Below, one piece after another: positions 48,313-59,280 of a stretch of 64,000 nucleotides of DNA (position 1 is its first letter; every line of letters starts with the position of its first letter). Below the pieces are notes generated by a model. The model worked only from the letters and a program-made list of their open reading frames with translations. It was not told where the DNA came from and searched no databases. This DNA comes from Burkholderiales bacterium. GTDB lineage: Bacteria; Pseudomonadota; Gammaproteobacteria; Burkholderiales; Burkholderiaceae_C. The stretch lies in contig JAGWLR010000002.1 of assembly GCA_028864885.1 (NCBI GenBank), positions 39,171 to 103,170 on the forward strand, written 5' to 3'. Made by a program: the position numbers and the translations under genes.

Positions 48313-50421
48313 TCAGTGCGTTTGCGTTTGCGATTGCGCATTCGCCTTGGCCTTCGCTGCCAACTCCTCGCGCAGGCGACGCAGCTTCTCGCGCGGGTCT
48401 TCCTTTGGGCCCCCTTCGCCGAGCTTCATCTCGGCTATGAAGCGGCTGGGCGGCGCTTGCACGTATTCACGCCCCTTTTTGCGGCGCTTGAGCGCGCTGA
48501 TCACCAGCGTCAAGCGAGCACGGGTGATGCCCACGTACATCAGTCGGCGCTCTTCCTCAATCTGCTGCGGGGTGATATCGCCTTCTTCTCGAGAGAACGG
48601 CAATGAGCCTTCGTTGATCCCTGCCAGCACCACGTGGGGCCACTCCAAGCCCTTCGAGGCATGCAGCGTCGACAGCGTCACCACATTCTGATCGGCATTG
48701 CGTTCGGCCAGGCTGGTGATCAAAGAGATGCTTTGCGCCACGTCGATCACGCTTTTCTTCTCGGTCTCGATGGTCATGCCGCCATCGTTTTCGATTTCGC
48801 CCCCACAACGGCGCGCGATCCAGTCCACAAAGTCGAGCACGTTGTTCCAGCGAGCGGCGGCCACTTTTTCGTTTTCTTCGCCGTCGTACAAGTGCTGTTC
48901 GTAGCTGATGTCCTTGAGCCATTCCAGCAGCAAGAGTTTGGCATCTTCGCCTCCAAAGGTGTGGCGGGCGCGATGCTCCAGGTCATTCACATAACGACCG
49001 AACTCATGCAGCGAACCCAGGGCGCGCGCGCTCAAGGTGGCTGCTAGCGATTCGGTGAACAAGGCTTCGAACAAGCTGACTTTCCACTTGCCCGCAAACT
49101 CCCCCAACGTGCCCAAGGTCTGGTGACCGATGCCTCGTTTGGGTGTGGTGGCGGCCCGCAAGAATGCGGGGTCGTCGTCGTTGTTCACCAGCAAGCGCAG
49201 CCAGCCACACAGGTCCTTGATCTCAGCCTTGTCGAAAAAGCTCTGGCCGCCCGAGACCTTGTAGGGGATGTTGGCCCGGCGCAGGGCCTGCTCAAACGGG
49301 CGAGCTTGATGGTTGGCTCGATACAGGATGGCGAAGTTGCTCCACGCGGTCTTGCTGGGATCGCCTGGGTGCTTTTCCAGCAGGTTCATGCGGTGGGTGA
49401 CGAAGTGGGCCACGGCGCGTTCGGCTTCGTGCTCTTCGTTGTCGCATTCCAGCAATTTGACCGGATCGCCTTCCCCCAAGTCCGACCAAAGCGTCTTTTG
49501 GAAGAGCTTGGGGTTGGTGGCGATCACATTGTTGGCCGCCCGCAAGATCGCGCTGGTGGAGCGATAGTTCTGTTCCAGGGGGATCACGCGCAGGTTGGGG
49601 AAGTCTTGCGGCAACTTCTTCAGGTTGTCCAGGGTTGCGCCGCGCCAGCCATAAATCGATTGATCGTCGTCGCCCACCGCCGTGAAGATGCCGTCCTGCC
49701 CAACCAGCAGCTTCAGCAGTTCGTACTGCGTTGCGTTGGTATCCTGATATTCGTCGACCAGCACGTGGCGCAGTTGCTTCTGCCACTTTTTGCGAACGTG
49801 CTCGTGCTCAGTCAGCAGCTTCAAGGGCATGCCGATCAAGTCGTCGAAATCGACGGCCTGGTAGGCAGCCAGCCGCTCTTCGTACAGCTTCATCACCCGT
49901 GCCGCTACCTGCTCGTCGTCGCTCTTGGCTTGAGACAAGGCCTGGCTGCTGTCGAGCCCTTGGTTCTTCCACAGGCTGATGGTCCACTGCCAATGCCGCG
50001 CTTGCTTCACATCGGTGGTGCCGCCAGCATCCCGCAGGATGCTGGTCACGTCGTCTGCATCCAGAATCGAAAACTGTGGCTTCAAGCCCAACGCTTCACC
50101 ATCTTCACGCAGCAGTTTCACCCCTAGCGAGTGGAAGGTGCAAATCAGCAGCTTGCCCGAGGCTTTGGCGCCAATCAGCGACTTGGCGCGCTCACGCATT
50201 TCCGCCGCGGCCTTGTTGGTGAAGGTGATGGCGGCGATTTCAGCAGGTGCTAGATCGGCGCCCGGCCCGGGTTGGAGCAAGCGCGCGATTTTGTGGGTGA
50301 TCACACGGGTCTTGCCCGAGCCGGCCCCCGCAAGCACCAGGCACGGAGAGTGCAAGTGCTGAACGGCCTCCATCTGAGCCGGGTTCATCATGGCCGGAGC
50401 CGAGCTGCCGTGGGAGGACAT
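48313..50421 (-). CDS. rep: ATP-dependent DNA helicase Rep (UvrD/Rep SF1 family)
   Basis: [35 protein letters not shown] parallels E. coli Rep [35 protein letters not shown]. Also VDEYQDTN and a charged C-terminal extension. Confidence 0.85.
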   Translation of the reverse strand: [702 protein letters not shown]

Positions 50422-50503
50422 GGGTAAAGCGCACTAACCAAAAAGACAAGCGAGGGCGCCAAGCATAGTCCATATCGCTGGGCTGTGATGCCCGCGGCCG
50501 ACC

Positions 50504-51706
50504 TCAGGCGGTCAGAGTCTCGGCGAGCATGACCTGATTGCGGCCACCGTGCTTGGCACGGTACAAAGCCTTGTCGGCCCGCTCCAGCGTGCACTCAATC
50601 GCTTCGGCTTCGAGGTGTTCCGTGACTCCCAGCGACACGGTGACCCTGAAATCGACTGGCAGCCCGTCGAACTGGGCAGAGGCCACCAGGGCACGCAAGC
50701 GCTCGGCGCAGTGCATCCCTTGGTCTGCTGGGGTGTGTTCGAGCAAAATGACGAACTCTTCGCCGCCATAGCGGGCGCAGATGTCGGTTGCGCGCAGCGT
50801 TTTGGTCAAGGCGTGGGCCACCACTTTGAGGACCGCATCGCCCGCCAGATGGCCATGGGTGTCGTTGATGCGTTTGAAGTGGTCAATGTCGACCATGATG
50901 ATCGAAAAGACCTGATGCGTGCGCTCCTGGCGCTTCACGGCCGTTTCCAGGCAACCCATCAGATGTCGGCGGTTGAAGACCCCCGTCAGAACGTCCACGC
51001 GTGCCAGGTCTTCGATCTGACGCAGCGCGGTGGCCAGTTCGCCGTTGGCCTTTTGCGTCTTGCCTATTTCGACTGACAGGGCGTCGCGACTCGCCTCGGC
51101 CGCTTGCTTCGCGTGTTTGATTTCCTGCCGCTGTTTGGAAAACAAATGCGACAGATAGCAGAGAAACAGCGCGGCTGGTGCAAAGCAGCAGGTGTAGAAC
51201 ACCTCCAGCGGGAAGGATCCGACCTGATGCAGCGAGTAGATCGCGTAATGCGAGGCCGCAATCTGTATCACGATCGCGCTGATCGCAATCACCAACGATT
51301 GCAGCATCTTGGTGTCGGCCAATAAAAATGTCAGCGGCATGAGGGCACAGAACAGGGCAATCACCCGGACTTCTCTCAGCGTCAACACCCAAACCCCATA
51401 CATCACCAACCAGATCACATACTGGCCGAAGTGGAACAGGTTGACATAGGTGTTCGACAGGTGCCTTTTCTTCTGCGTGACGAGCAAAAACAAGGCGCTC
51501 ATGCCGAGCGTCAGGCAGGCGACAAAAGCGATTTCCTGGTTTTGGATGCTCGACAGCTTCAGGAGCTTGGCTGCCAGCGTCACGATCTGGGTCACTGTAT
51601 AGCCCAGAAATACCAATGCCCCATTGCGCAAAAGAATCCGCCGTCGGCGTTCGTTTTTGTCGAACGCCTCATGCATAAAGGGTGCGAGTGACAGATCAGC
51701 CTGCAT
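50504..51706 (-). CDS. diguanylate cyclase (GGDEF) with a polytopic N-terminal membrane sensor domain
   Basis: RYGGEEF active site, RxxD-like I-site context, about 7 TM helices. Start taken at MQADLSL to avoid overlap with the upstream gene. Confidence 0.85.
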   Translation of the reverse strand: MQADLSLAPFMHEAFDKNERRRRILLRNGALVFLGYTVTQIVTLAAKLLKLSSIQNQEIAFVACLTLGMSALFLLVTQKKRHLSNTYVNLFHFGQYVIWLVMYGVWVLTLREVRVIALFCALMPLTFLLADTKMLQSLVIAISAIVIQIAASHYAIYSLHQVGSFPLEVFYTCCFAPAALFLCYLSHLFSKQRQEIKHAKQAAEASRDALSVEIGKTQKANGELATALRQIEDLARVDVLTGVFNRRHLMGCLETAVKRQERTHQVFSIIMVDIDHFKRINDTHGHLAGDAVLKVVAHALTKTLRATDICARYGGEEFVILLEHTPADQGMHCAERLRALVASAQFDGLPVDFRVTVSLGVTEHLEAEAIECTLERADKALYRAKHGGRNQVMLAETLTA

Positions 51707-51719
51707 GGGATACTGGGGC

Positions 51720-52979
51720 TCAGATTCCGGCGATGAATTCGCCCACGACCGCCGCGAACGCCTGGGGTTGCTCAACGGCGCTCAGGTGGGCACAGCCTTG
51801 CAAGTTCACCATCTGTGCGCCCGCGATGCCCTTGGTCAAGGCGTAGGCCGTTTCCACCGGGGTGCTGACGTCGTGACTGCCTGCGATGACGAGGGATGGC
51901 ACTTTGATCTGGCCCAGGCGCGACGTCGTGTTGGCATCGCACAAGGCGGCGGCGCAGGCGGTGTAGCCCTCGGGGTCGGTCGATTCCAGCAAGCGCTGGT
52001 GACGAGACACCGTGGCAGCCTGGGCCGCCCGGAACTCCTCGCTGAAAAACCGTGTCATGGTGCTGGTGGCAATCGCCCCCATGCCATGCGCTTCGACCGT
52101 GGCAATGCGCTGCCCGATGGCCTCGCGACCCATGCCAGAATAGCTGCTGGTGGTATTGGCCAGCACCAGGGCCTTGACCTTGTCGGGGTGGCGGATCGCC
52201 AGTTCTTGCCCAATGAGGCCGCCCATCGACAGCCCGACCCAGATCACCGGTTCACCGTCAGCCACCTCGTCGATCACGCGGGCGGCATCGGCGGCCAATT
52301 CGGTCATCGTCAGGGGCTCGGAAGGCGTCTGCGAGCGACCATGGCCGCGTGTGTCAGGGCAGATCACATTGCAGGTTGCTGCCAGCTCATTGGCCACCGC
52401 ATCCCACATCGACCCATCCTGCCCCAGTGCATGGCTGAGCACAATCGTGTGCTGGGCTTGGCCGTTGCGGGCTTCGCGCAGGGTGCTGTGCAGCTTGGGG
52501 CGCGTGGTCGTGAATACCGACCGCCCGACGCCGGGATGCCAGGCCACGTCGGCCGAGTGCGGCTGGGGCTCTAGCCCCAGTTCGCGCATCACGCCCAGCG
52601 CCCGCGCAAAGCCCGTGTTGGCCGCCGGCACCCCCGCGTAAATGGCAATCTGGATCAGGGCCTCACGCACTTCTTCCACGCTCAAGGTGTGGGCGTTGCC
52701 TGGGGTCAGGGCGCCCCGCAGATGGATTTCAAATTCATCCCAGCGACCCAAGGCGCTGGTCACTGCCAGCACGATGATGCGGCGCGTCTTCCACTCCAGC
52801 CCGGGCCGTCCCCAAACCCCATGCCAGGCGTAGTCAGTGATGAAGTGCTGAAATTCGGCATTGAAGGTGTTGGCCTTGGCGACGGATTTGTCGACCCAAG
52901 CGTCCCCGAGCGCTTCGCGGCGATTTCGCATGCCGCGTTCAAACGGGTGTTCAAAAGCATGTTCGTAAGATCGGGTCAT
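51720..52979 (-). CDS. fusion protein: N-terminal carboxymuconolactone decarboxylase (PcaC-like) plus C-terminal alpha/beta hydrolase (3-oxoadipate enol-lactonase PcaD-like)
   Basis: CMD-family N-terminus ...AWHGVWGRPGLEWKTRRIIVLAVTSALGRWDEFEIHLRGAL. Hydrolase half has IVLSHALG, GLSMGG and a C-terminal ...CAHLS. Start ATG 52979. Confidence 0.75.
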   Translation of the reverse strand: MTRSYEHAFEHPFERGMRNRREALGDAWVDKSVAKANTFNAEFQHFITDYAWHGVWGRPGLEWKTRRIIVLAVTSALGRWDEFEIHLRGALTPGNAHTLSVEEVREALIQIAIYAGVPAANTGFARALGVMRELGLEPQPHSADVAWHPGVGRSVFTTTRPKLHSTLREARNGQAQHTIVLSHALGQDGSMWDAVANELAATCNVICPDTRGHGRSQTPSEPLTMTELAADAARVIDEVADGEPVIWVGLSMGGLIGQELAIRHPDKVKALVLANTTSSYSGMGREAIGQRIATVEAHGMGAIATSTMTRFFSEEFRAAQAATVSRHQRLLESTDPEGYTACAAALCDANTTSRLGQIKVPSLVIAGSHDVSTPVETAYALTKGIAGAQMVNLQGCAHLSAVEQPQAFAAVVGEFIAGI

Positions 52980-53095
52980 GGTGAATTCAACAGGAGAGAT
53001 TGCGCGACAGCCGACATTGTGCCGTGCAGCACGAAAAACGCATCGGGATGAGCCCCGTGCCATGTGCAGACCCCAGATCGGTTATTGTGCAGCCC

Positions 53096-54091
53096 ATGCG
53101 ATTTTCTCCCGCGTTCCCCCAGCGTCGCTTCTTGGTGCCGCGTGCATGGTTGAGCCTGTTGCTTCTGATCGTGCTCGCAGGCTGTGCCTCGCGCTCAACG
53201 GGGCCTCAGTCGAGCACGGGCATCGGGTCGATCTTCCGCCCCGACCACGACGGCGCGCCCGCCAATCCACCGCCGGATCTGGCTCAGACGCCCGATCCCG
53301 AGCCGCTGGTCGAACCCATTCGCCGGGGCGGGCCCAACAAGCCCTATGAAGTGATGGGGCACACCTACGAACCCATGACTGGCGACGTTCCCTGGAAGGA
53401 AACGGGCCTGGCTTCCTGGTATGGAACCAAGTTTCATGGTCGTCGCACCGCCAGTGGCGAGTTGTTCAGTATGTATGGCTTGACTGCGGCCCATCGAACC
53501 CTGCCAATCCCCAGTTATGCCAAAGTCCGCAACCTCGCAACCGGCAAAGAGATCATCGTGCGGGTCAATGACCGTGGGCCCTTCCATTCTTCGCGGGTGA
53601 TGGATCTCAGTTACGCCGCGGCCGTCAAGTTGGGCATCACGGCGGCCGGCAGCGCCATGGTTGAAATCGAGCGCCTCACTTTCGATGACATCCGAACCGG
53701 AGCCTGGCGCACGCCTGCCCCAACGGAGCCTGAATCGCCGGCCGATCCGATTGAGGCTTTGGCCAACCAGACGGCGAATGTGCCCGTAGAGGCTCCTCCT
53801 GAGCCCGCCCCTGTCATGCCGGTGCAAGACAAAGAGCGCGCGTACACCGCAGCGGCGCAAGGCTATTGGGTCCAGTTGGCCGCGCTGTCGCGCAAAGACG
53901 GGATTGATCGCCTTCAACAACGGGTGGTGTCGGATGCCTCTGCGCTGGTCCCCATGATGGCGGTGTTCAAAGAGGCTGCGGTGTACAAATTGCAGGTGGG
54001 GCCTTACGGCACGCGCGAGGAGGCCGCTGTTGCGGCGCAGCAGGTCCGCGACGCGCTGCAGCTCAAACCCATGGTTGTCGAAAGGCGTTGA
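53096..54091 (+). CDS. rlpA: septal ring lytic transglycosylase RlpA with a C-terminal SPOR domain
   Basis: Lipobox VLAGCAS. DPBB core GLASWYGTKFHGRRTASGE...AAHRTLPIPSYAKVRNL..G..IIVRVNDRGPF. C-terminal YWVQLAALSRKD...LQVGPY. Confidence 0.9.
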   Translation: MRFSPAFPQRRFLVPRAWLSLLLLIVLAGCASRSTGPQSSTGIGSIFRPDHDGAPANPPPDLAQTPDPEPLVEPIRRGGPNKPYEVMGHTYEPMTGDVPWKETGLASWYGTKFHGRRTASGELFSMYGLTAAHRTLPIPSYAKVRNLATGKEIIVRVNDRGPFHSSRVMDLSYAAAVKLGITAAGSAMVEIERLTFDDIRTGAWRTPAPTEPESPADPIEALANQTANVPVEAPPEPAPVMPVQDKERAYTAAAQGYWVQLAALSRKDGIDRLQQRVVSDASALVPMMAVFKEAAVYKLQVGPYGTREEAAVAAQQVRDALQLKPMVVERR

Positions 54092-54961
54092 GTGCGCGTG
54101 TTGGCTTCGTTGTCTCTGTTGTTCAATGCCTTGGTGTGGGGCCTGTCCTGGTGGCCCTTGCGACATCTGCAACAAGCCCATCTCCACCCTCTGTGGGCGA
54201 CGATGTGTTTCTTTGCCTTGGGCGTCGTGATCTTGCTGCTCTGGCGGCCATCGGTTGCACTTGACCTGTGGCGGCAGCCCGCCTTGTTGTCCATCGCGGT
54301 GGTGTCCGGTGTGACCAATGCGACGTTCAACTGGGGCGTGGCGATTGGGGATGTGGTTCGCGTCGTCTTGCTGTTTTATTTGATGCCTGTGTGGGCCGCC
54401 TTGCTGGCTCGCCTGATCCTCAAGGAATCAATCAACTGGGTTGCCCTGTTGCGAATGGGGCTGGCATTGTTGGGGGCGCTGTTGGTCCTCAAGCCTGCTG
54501 GGCACAGTTGGCCGACCCTGGGGTCTTTGTCCGACCTGTTGGGGCTCTTGGGTGGCATGGGCTTTGCGCTCACCAACGTCTTGTTGCGTCAGCAGGCGGC
54601 GCAGCCTGCGGCTTCGCGGGCCTTTGCCATGTTTGCCGGTTGCACCCTGTTGCCCGGCCTGTTGGCATGGGGGCTCAGCGGCGTCGGAGTGGTCTCGGGC
54701 TGGCCCGCCTGGGATTGGGCGTGGGTCGGGCCCGTGCTGCTGATGGGGGTGATCTTCTTCTTTTCTAACCTGGCCCTGCAGTACGGTGCGTCGCGTCTGC
54801 CCGTCAAACTCACGTCTGTGCTGATGCTCACCGAGGTGCTGTTTGCCGCTGCCTCCTCGGCGTGGCTGGGAGAGTCAGCGCTCACGCCCACCGTGTTGAT
54901 GGGCGGCGCATTGATTGTGCTGGCAGCGTTGTTGGCAACGCTCGGCGAATCGGCTGAGTGA
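54092..54961 (+). CDS. DMT-superfamily (EamA) transporter
   Basis: About ten hydrophobic segments and duplicated EamA halves. The GTG start abuts the rlpA stop. Confidence 0.8.
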   Translation: MRVLASLSLLFNALVWGLSWWPLRHLQQAHLHPLWATMCFFALGVVILLLWRPSVALDLWRQPALLSIAVVSGVTNATFNWGVAIGDVVRVVLLFYLMPVWAALLARLILKESINWVALLRMGLALLGALLVLKPAGHSWPTLGSLSDLLGLLGGMGFALTNVLLRQQAAQPAASRAFAMFAGCTLLPGLLAWGLSGVGVVSGWPAWDWAWVGPVLLMGVIFFFSNLALQYGASRLPVKLTSVLMLTEVLFAAASSAWLGESALTPTVLMGGALIVLAALLATLGESAE

Positions 54962-54963
54962 GA

Positions 54964-56097
54964 TCAGTCGCGCAAGGTTCTTGAGTGGGCATGAACCGTG
55001 TCCACCAAGGCGCTCACATGTTCGGGCGGGGTGAACTGAGAAATCCCATGGCCCAGGTTGAACACGTGTCCGGCATGGCTGCCATCCGCGTTACGCGGAC
55101 GACCGAAACTGTCCAGCACGGCTTTGGCTTGCGCCTGGATCTGCTCAGGTGAAGCAAACAACACCATCGGATCCAGGTTGCCCTGCAAAGCCACCTGGTG
55201 ACCCACCTGTGCGCGTGCCTTGTCCAAGTTCATGGTCCAGTCCAGGCCAACCACGTCGCAACCGGTGTCCGCAATCTCTTGCAGCCAAAGGCCCCCGCCT
55301 TTGGTGAAAACAATGTGCGGGATGCGATGGCCGTTGTGTGTCTTCTTCAGTTGCGACAGCACCCTGCGTGTATAAGCCAGGCCGAAGTTCTGGAACGCAC
55401 CATCTGCCAGCACGCCGCCCCAGGAGTCAAAAACCATGACAGCCTGAGCACCGGCCTCAATCTGCGTATTCAAATAAAGCGCGACAGCATCGGCATTCAC
55501 AGCCAGAATCTGATGCATCAAATCGGGGCGTTGGTACATCATGGTTTTGACCAGACGGTAGTCATCCGATCCGCCGCCCTCGACCATGTAGCAGGCCAGC
55601 GTCCAAGGGCTGCCTGAAAAACCGATCAGCGGCACGCGGCCCACGCCTTTTGCGTCGCTCAGGGCCCGACGGATGGTGCCGACGGCGTCAAACACATACT
55701 TCAGTTGGTTCATGTCTGGAACGCGCAAGGCCTTGACCGCGGCTTCATCGCGTACGGGAGAGGCGAACTTCGGTCCTTCACCCGTAGCAAAGCTCAGGCC
55801 CAATCCCATGGCGTCAGGCACGGTCAGGATGTCGCTGAACAGAATGGCGGCATCCAGCGCGTACCGATCAAGGGGCTGAAGCGTCACCTCGCAAGCAAGA
55901 TCCGGGGCCGTGGCCAGCCCCATGAAACTGCCGGCCCGTTCACGTGTGGCGCGGTACTCCGGCAAATAGCGTCCGGCCTGCCGCATCAACCACACCGGGG
56001 TGAAATCGGTGGGCATGCGTAAACATGCGCGCAAAAACTGATCGTTTTGCAGCGGGGGGATCGACAGGGCGGTTTGGGTGGAGGTAGAAGCACTCAT
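54964..56097 (-). CDS. hemE: uroporphyrinogen decarboxylase
   Basis: [16 protein letters not shown] and [10 protein letters not shown]. Start taken at MSASTS. Confidence 0.95.
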   Translation of the reverse strand: MSASTSTQTALSIPPLQNDQFLRACLRMPTDFTPVWLMRQAGRYLPEYRATRERAGSFMGLATAPDLACEVTLQPLDRYALDAAILFSDILTVPDAMGLGLSFATGEGPKFASPVRDEAAVKALRVPDMNQLKYVFDAVGTIRRALSDAKGVGRVPLIGFSGSPWTLACYMVEGGGSDDYRLVKTMMYQRPDLMHQILAVNADAVALYLNTQIEAGAQAVMVFDSWGGVLADGAFQNFGLAYTRRVLSQLKKTHNGHRIPHIVFTKGGGLWLQEIADTGCDVVGLDWTMNLDKARAQVGHQVALQGNLDPMVLFASPEQIQAQAKAVLDSFGRPRNADGSHAGHVFNLGHGISQFTPPEHVSALVDTVHAHSRTLRD

Positions 56098-56211
56098 TCC
56101 GAGATTGTAGGCACCTGCTCCACCCCCCTTGATGAGGCGAGTCAAACAAGTTTTGTGTGATGCATTCCACCGGGGTGCCGCCGTGTTTCAAACGATCAAC
56201 ACAGATAGGGC

Positions 56212-56241
56212 TTGGCTGAAGTCCGGGTAAGTGCGTATAAT
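56212..56241 (+). promoter_or_regulatory. candidate sigma-70 promoter of the atp operon
   Basis: TTGGCT (56212-17), 18-nt spacer, TATAAT (56236-41). Confidence 0.45.
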
Positions 56242-56344
56242 CTTTAGGTTTTGCCGACATCAAGGTCGGTATCTTGAAATTCAACAGAGTGTCGAATCTG
56301 GTGCGGTGGCCTTGGTGGCTGCTGTGTTGGTCGGCTGCAAGGTC

Positions 56345-56857
56345 ATGCACCACCCCTCGAGCAACAAGCCCAGTGGGGCGCGTGATCCCCAGTCGTCTGA
56401 TTTCGATGACTCTGATTGGAGTCTGGATGCCGAAGTTCCCATCCGGCAGCTGACGCGTGATGAGGCGCAAGTCCTGGTCGCTCAGCAAAAAAATCTGACA
56501 GTCTGGCAGGTGTTGCTGATCCAGGCTGCCTCGGGTTTGCTGGTCGCGCTGGTGTGGGGTGCTCTGTCGCAACGATCATCGGCTTTCTGGTCGTCGCTGT
56601 ATGCGATGGTCGTGGTCGTGGTCCCGGGTTTATTGATGGCTCGGGCGGTGTTTGGTCGTCATGCGGGGCGCGGTGTAGGGGGTCTACTGTTTTGGGAGAT
56701 CCTCAAGTTGGTTTTGTCCGGTGCCTTGTTGGCGCTGGCGCCGGCGGTGGTCCGTCCTCTCGATTGGGTGGCGCTGTTGGTGACCTTGGTGTTGTGCTTG
56801 AAGGTGATTGGGGTGGCCTTGTTGATCAAACAGGGTCGCAAGAAGAATTTTGTTTGA
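56345..56857 (+). CDS. atpI: F0F1 ATP synthase protein I
   Basis: First gene of the atp operon, with four hydrophobic helices. The start is uncertain: the track ORF begins inside the putative promoter. Confidence 0.7.
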   Translation: MHHPSSNKPSGARDPQSSDFDDSDWSLDAEVPIRQLTRDEAQVLVAQQKNLTVWQVLLIQAASGLLVALVWGALSQRSSAFWSSLYAMVVVVVPGLLMARAVFGRHAGRGVGGLLFWEILKLVLSGALLALAPAVVRPLDWVALLVTLVLCLKVIGVALLIKQGRKKNFV

Positions 56858-56863
56858 CGAGAG

Positions 56864-57778
56864 TTGCTGATGTCTGCTGATGCACAAACGACCGCTGAAG
56901 GCTTGGCTCACCACGCGCCTACCGCAGGTGAGTACATCAATCACCACTTGCGCCACCTGCAAAACTTCAGTGAAAAGCAAGCGATTGCTGATTTTCACTA
57001 TGTCAATTTCGACTCGATTTTCTGGTCTGTCTTGCTGGGTGTGCTTGCTGTATTCCTGCTTTGGCGGGCTGCCGCGAAGGCCAGTTCCGGTGTGCCAGGC
57101 CGCTTCCAGGCTGCCGTCGAGTTGATTGTGGAGATGGTCGACACACAGGCCAAGGGCATCATCCACAACGCCGTGTCGCGCAAGGCAGTGGCGCCTGCTG
57201 CCTTGACGGTGTTTGTCTGGATTTTCTTCATGAATGCAATGGACTTGCTGCCATTGGATTTGCTGCCCAGCCTCTGGGGTAAGGTCTATGAGGCCAAGGG
57301 GCTGAATCCTCATGAAGCCTTCTTGCGGGCCGTTCCCACAGCTGATCTTTCCATCACGTTGGGCTTGTCCATCAGCGTGCTGTTGATCTGTTTGTACTAC
57401 AACATCAAGATTAAGGGTCTGGGTGGCTGGATCAAAGAGCTGTTCACGGCGCCCTTCCACGCGCATGGCGTGATGGCCCTCTTGTTGGCGCCCGCTAACT
57501 TTGCCTTGAACTTGATCGAATTCGGTGCCAAGACCATTTCGCATGGTATGCGGTTGTGGGGCAATATGTACGCCGGTGAATTGGTGTTCATGCTGATCGC
57601 CTTGATGGGCGCAGCCGTCGGCACCAGCCTCACCCTGGGTGGGGCAGGATTGTGGATCATGCATGTGCTGGCAGGTTCGGCCTGGGCGATCTTCCACATT
57701 CTGATCATCGCCCTGCAGGCGTTCATTTTCATGATGCTGACCCTGGTGTACATCGGTCAAGCGCATGAAGGTCACTGA
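56864..57778 (+). CDS. atpB: F0F1 ATP synthase subunit a
   Basis: [15 protein letters not shown] contains the essential Arg region. Operon position. Confidence 0.95.
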   Translation: MLMSADAQTTAEGLAHHAPTAGEYINHHLRHLQNFSEKQAIADFHYVNFDSIFWSVLLGVLAVFLLWRAAAKASSGVPGRFQAAVELIVEMVDTQAKGIIHNAVSRKAVAPAALTVFVWIFFMNAMDLLPLDLLPSLWGKVYEAKGLNPHEAFLRAVPTADLSITLGLSISVLLICLYYNIKIKGLGGWIKELFTAPFHAHGVMALLLAPANFALNLIEFGAKTISHGMRLWGNMYAGELVFMLIALMGAAVGTSLTLGGAGLWIMHVLAGSAWAIFHILIIALQAFIFMMLTLVYIGQAHEGH

Positions 57779-58093
<315 letters not shown>

Positions 58094-58139
58094 TCGGCCC
58101 CTTCTCGCTGAAATCAATTAACCGAGAAAGGTCCGAGCC

Positions 58140-58610
58140 ATGAATCTGAACGCAACGCTGATTGCGCAGATCGTGGTCTTTATGATCTTGTGGTGGTTCA
58201 CGATGAAATTCGTGTGGCCCCCGATCACAAAGGCCCTCGACGAGCGTGCAAGCAAGATCGCGGAAGGTTTGGCTGCTGCCGATAAGGCTAAATCCGAACT
58301 GGCCTCCGCCAACCAGCGCGTGCAGCAGGAACTCGCTCAGTCTCGAGAAGACATTGCCAAGCGCATCTCTGACGCCGAAAAACGGGGTCAAGCCTTGGTC
58401 GAAGAAGCCAAATCGCGCGCCAGCGCTGAGGCCTCCAAGATCGTGGGCGATGCAAAGGCCGAAGCCGAGCAACTGATCGTGCAAGCCCGTGAGGCTTTGC
58501 GTGAGCAAGTTGCAGCGCTGGCTGTCAAGGGGGCTGAGCAGATTCTGCGTCGCGAGGTCAATCAGCAGGTCCACAATGACCTGCTCAATCGCCTCAAGTC
58601 GGAGCTGTGA
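58140..58610 (+). CDS. atpF: F0F1 ATP synthase subunit b
   Basis: [29 protein letters not shown], then a long charged helix. Confidence 0.95.
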   Translation: MNLNATLIAQIVVFMILWWFTMKFVWPPITKALDERASKIAEGLAAADKAKSELASANQRVQQELAQSREDIAKRISDAEKRGQALVEEAKSRASAEASKIVGDAKAEAEQLIVQAREALREQVAALAVKGAEQILRREVNQQVHNDLLNRLKSEL

Positions 58611-59146
58611 TCATGGCCGAGCTTGCAACCATTGCCCGCCCCTACGCGGAGGCGCTATTCAAGTCCACGCCCGCAGCCCAAGCCCAATCCTGGGGTGACC
58701 AGTTGGCGGCGCTTGCAGTCGTGGCTGAAGATCCGCAGCTCAAGACCCTGAGCGACAATCCCAGGGTCACGCAAAAGGAAGTGTTCGACGTGATGGTGGC
58801 AGCTGCCAAGGTCACGCTGGATCCCGCTTTGGCTAACTTCCTCCGCGTCGTGTTGGAGAACGGTCGTCTGGCTGCCTTGCCAATCATGGTTGAGCAGTAC
58901 CGGGCCTTGCTTCAGTCACGTCAGGGCGTCTCCGAGGCCGTTGTGTACAGCGCCTATCCGATCGATGCCACACAGTTGGCTGACATCGTGGCACCGCTGG
59001 AGCGACGCTTCGGTCGCAAGCTGCAGCCCAAGGTTGAACTTGACCCAGAATTGATCGGCGGCGTGCGTGTCGTGGTCGGGGATGAGGTATTGGATACCTC
59101 TGTCAAAGCCCGCCTGGAGCGCATGAGGTCGAGCCTGATGGCTTGA
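58607..59146 (+). CDS. atpH: F0F1 ATP synthase subunit delta
   Basis: [12 protein letters not shown] and [18 protein letters not shown]. Confidence 0.95.
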   Translation: MIMAELATIARPYAEALFKSTPAAQAQSWGDQLAALAVVAEDPQLKTLSDNPRVTQKEVFDVMVAAAKVTLDPALANFLRVVLENGRLAALPIMVEQYRALLQSRQGVSEAVVYSAYPIDATQLADIVAPLERRFGRKLQPKVELDPELIGGVRVVVGDEVLDTSVKARLERMRSSLMA

Positions 59147-59200
59147 GTTTTCTTATAACGGAAGCCAACGACGCAATCCAACAGTCATCCAAACCGTGTT

Positions 59201-59222
59201 GGCGATGAGAATCCTCATCGCC
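59201..59222 (+). other. perfect 9-bp stem-loop in the atpH-atpA spacer
   Basis: GGCGATGAG-AATC-CTCATCGCC. No U-tract follows. Confidence 0.6.
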
Positions 59223-59280
59223 GGCCGTCGTCAAAGCGGTTCGCCTTCAAGCAGCCCTTGACCAGACTGGGAGCAAAGCA

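Noticed and set aside
48141-48440. A 99-aa plus-strand track ORF covering the osmC-rep spacer.
   Set aside because: It reads through a strong intrinsic terminator and into the antisense of rep. The peptide is low-complexity (SPPPSS, FFFVLRP). The region is better explained as a non-coding RNA plus terminator.
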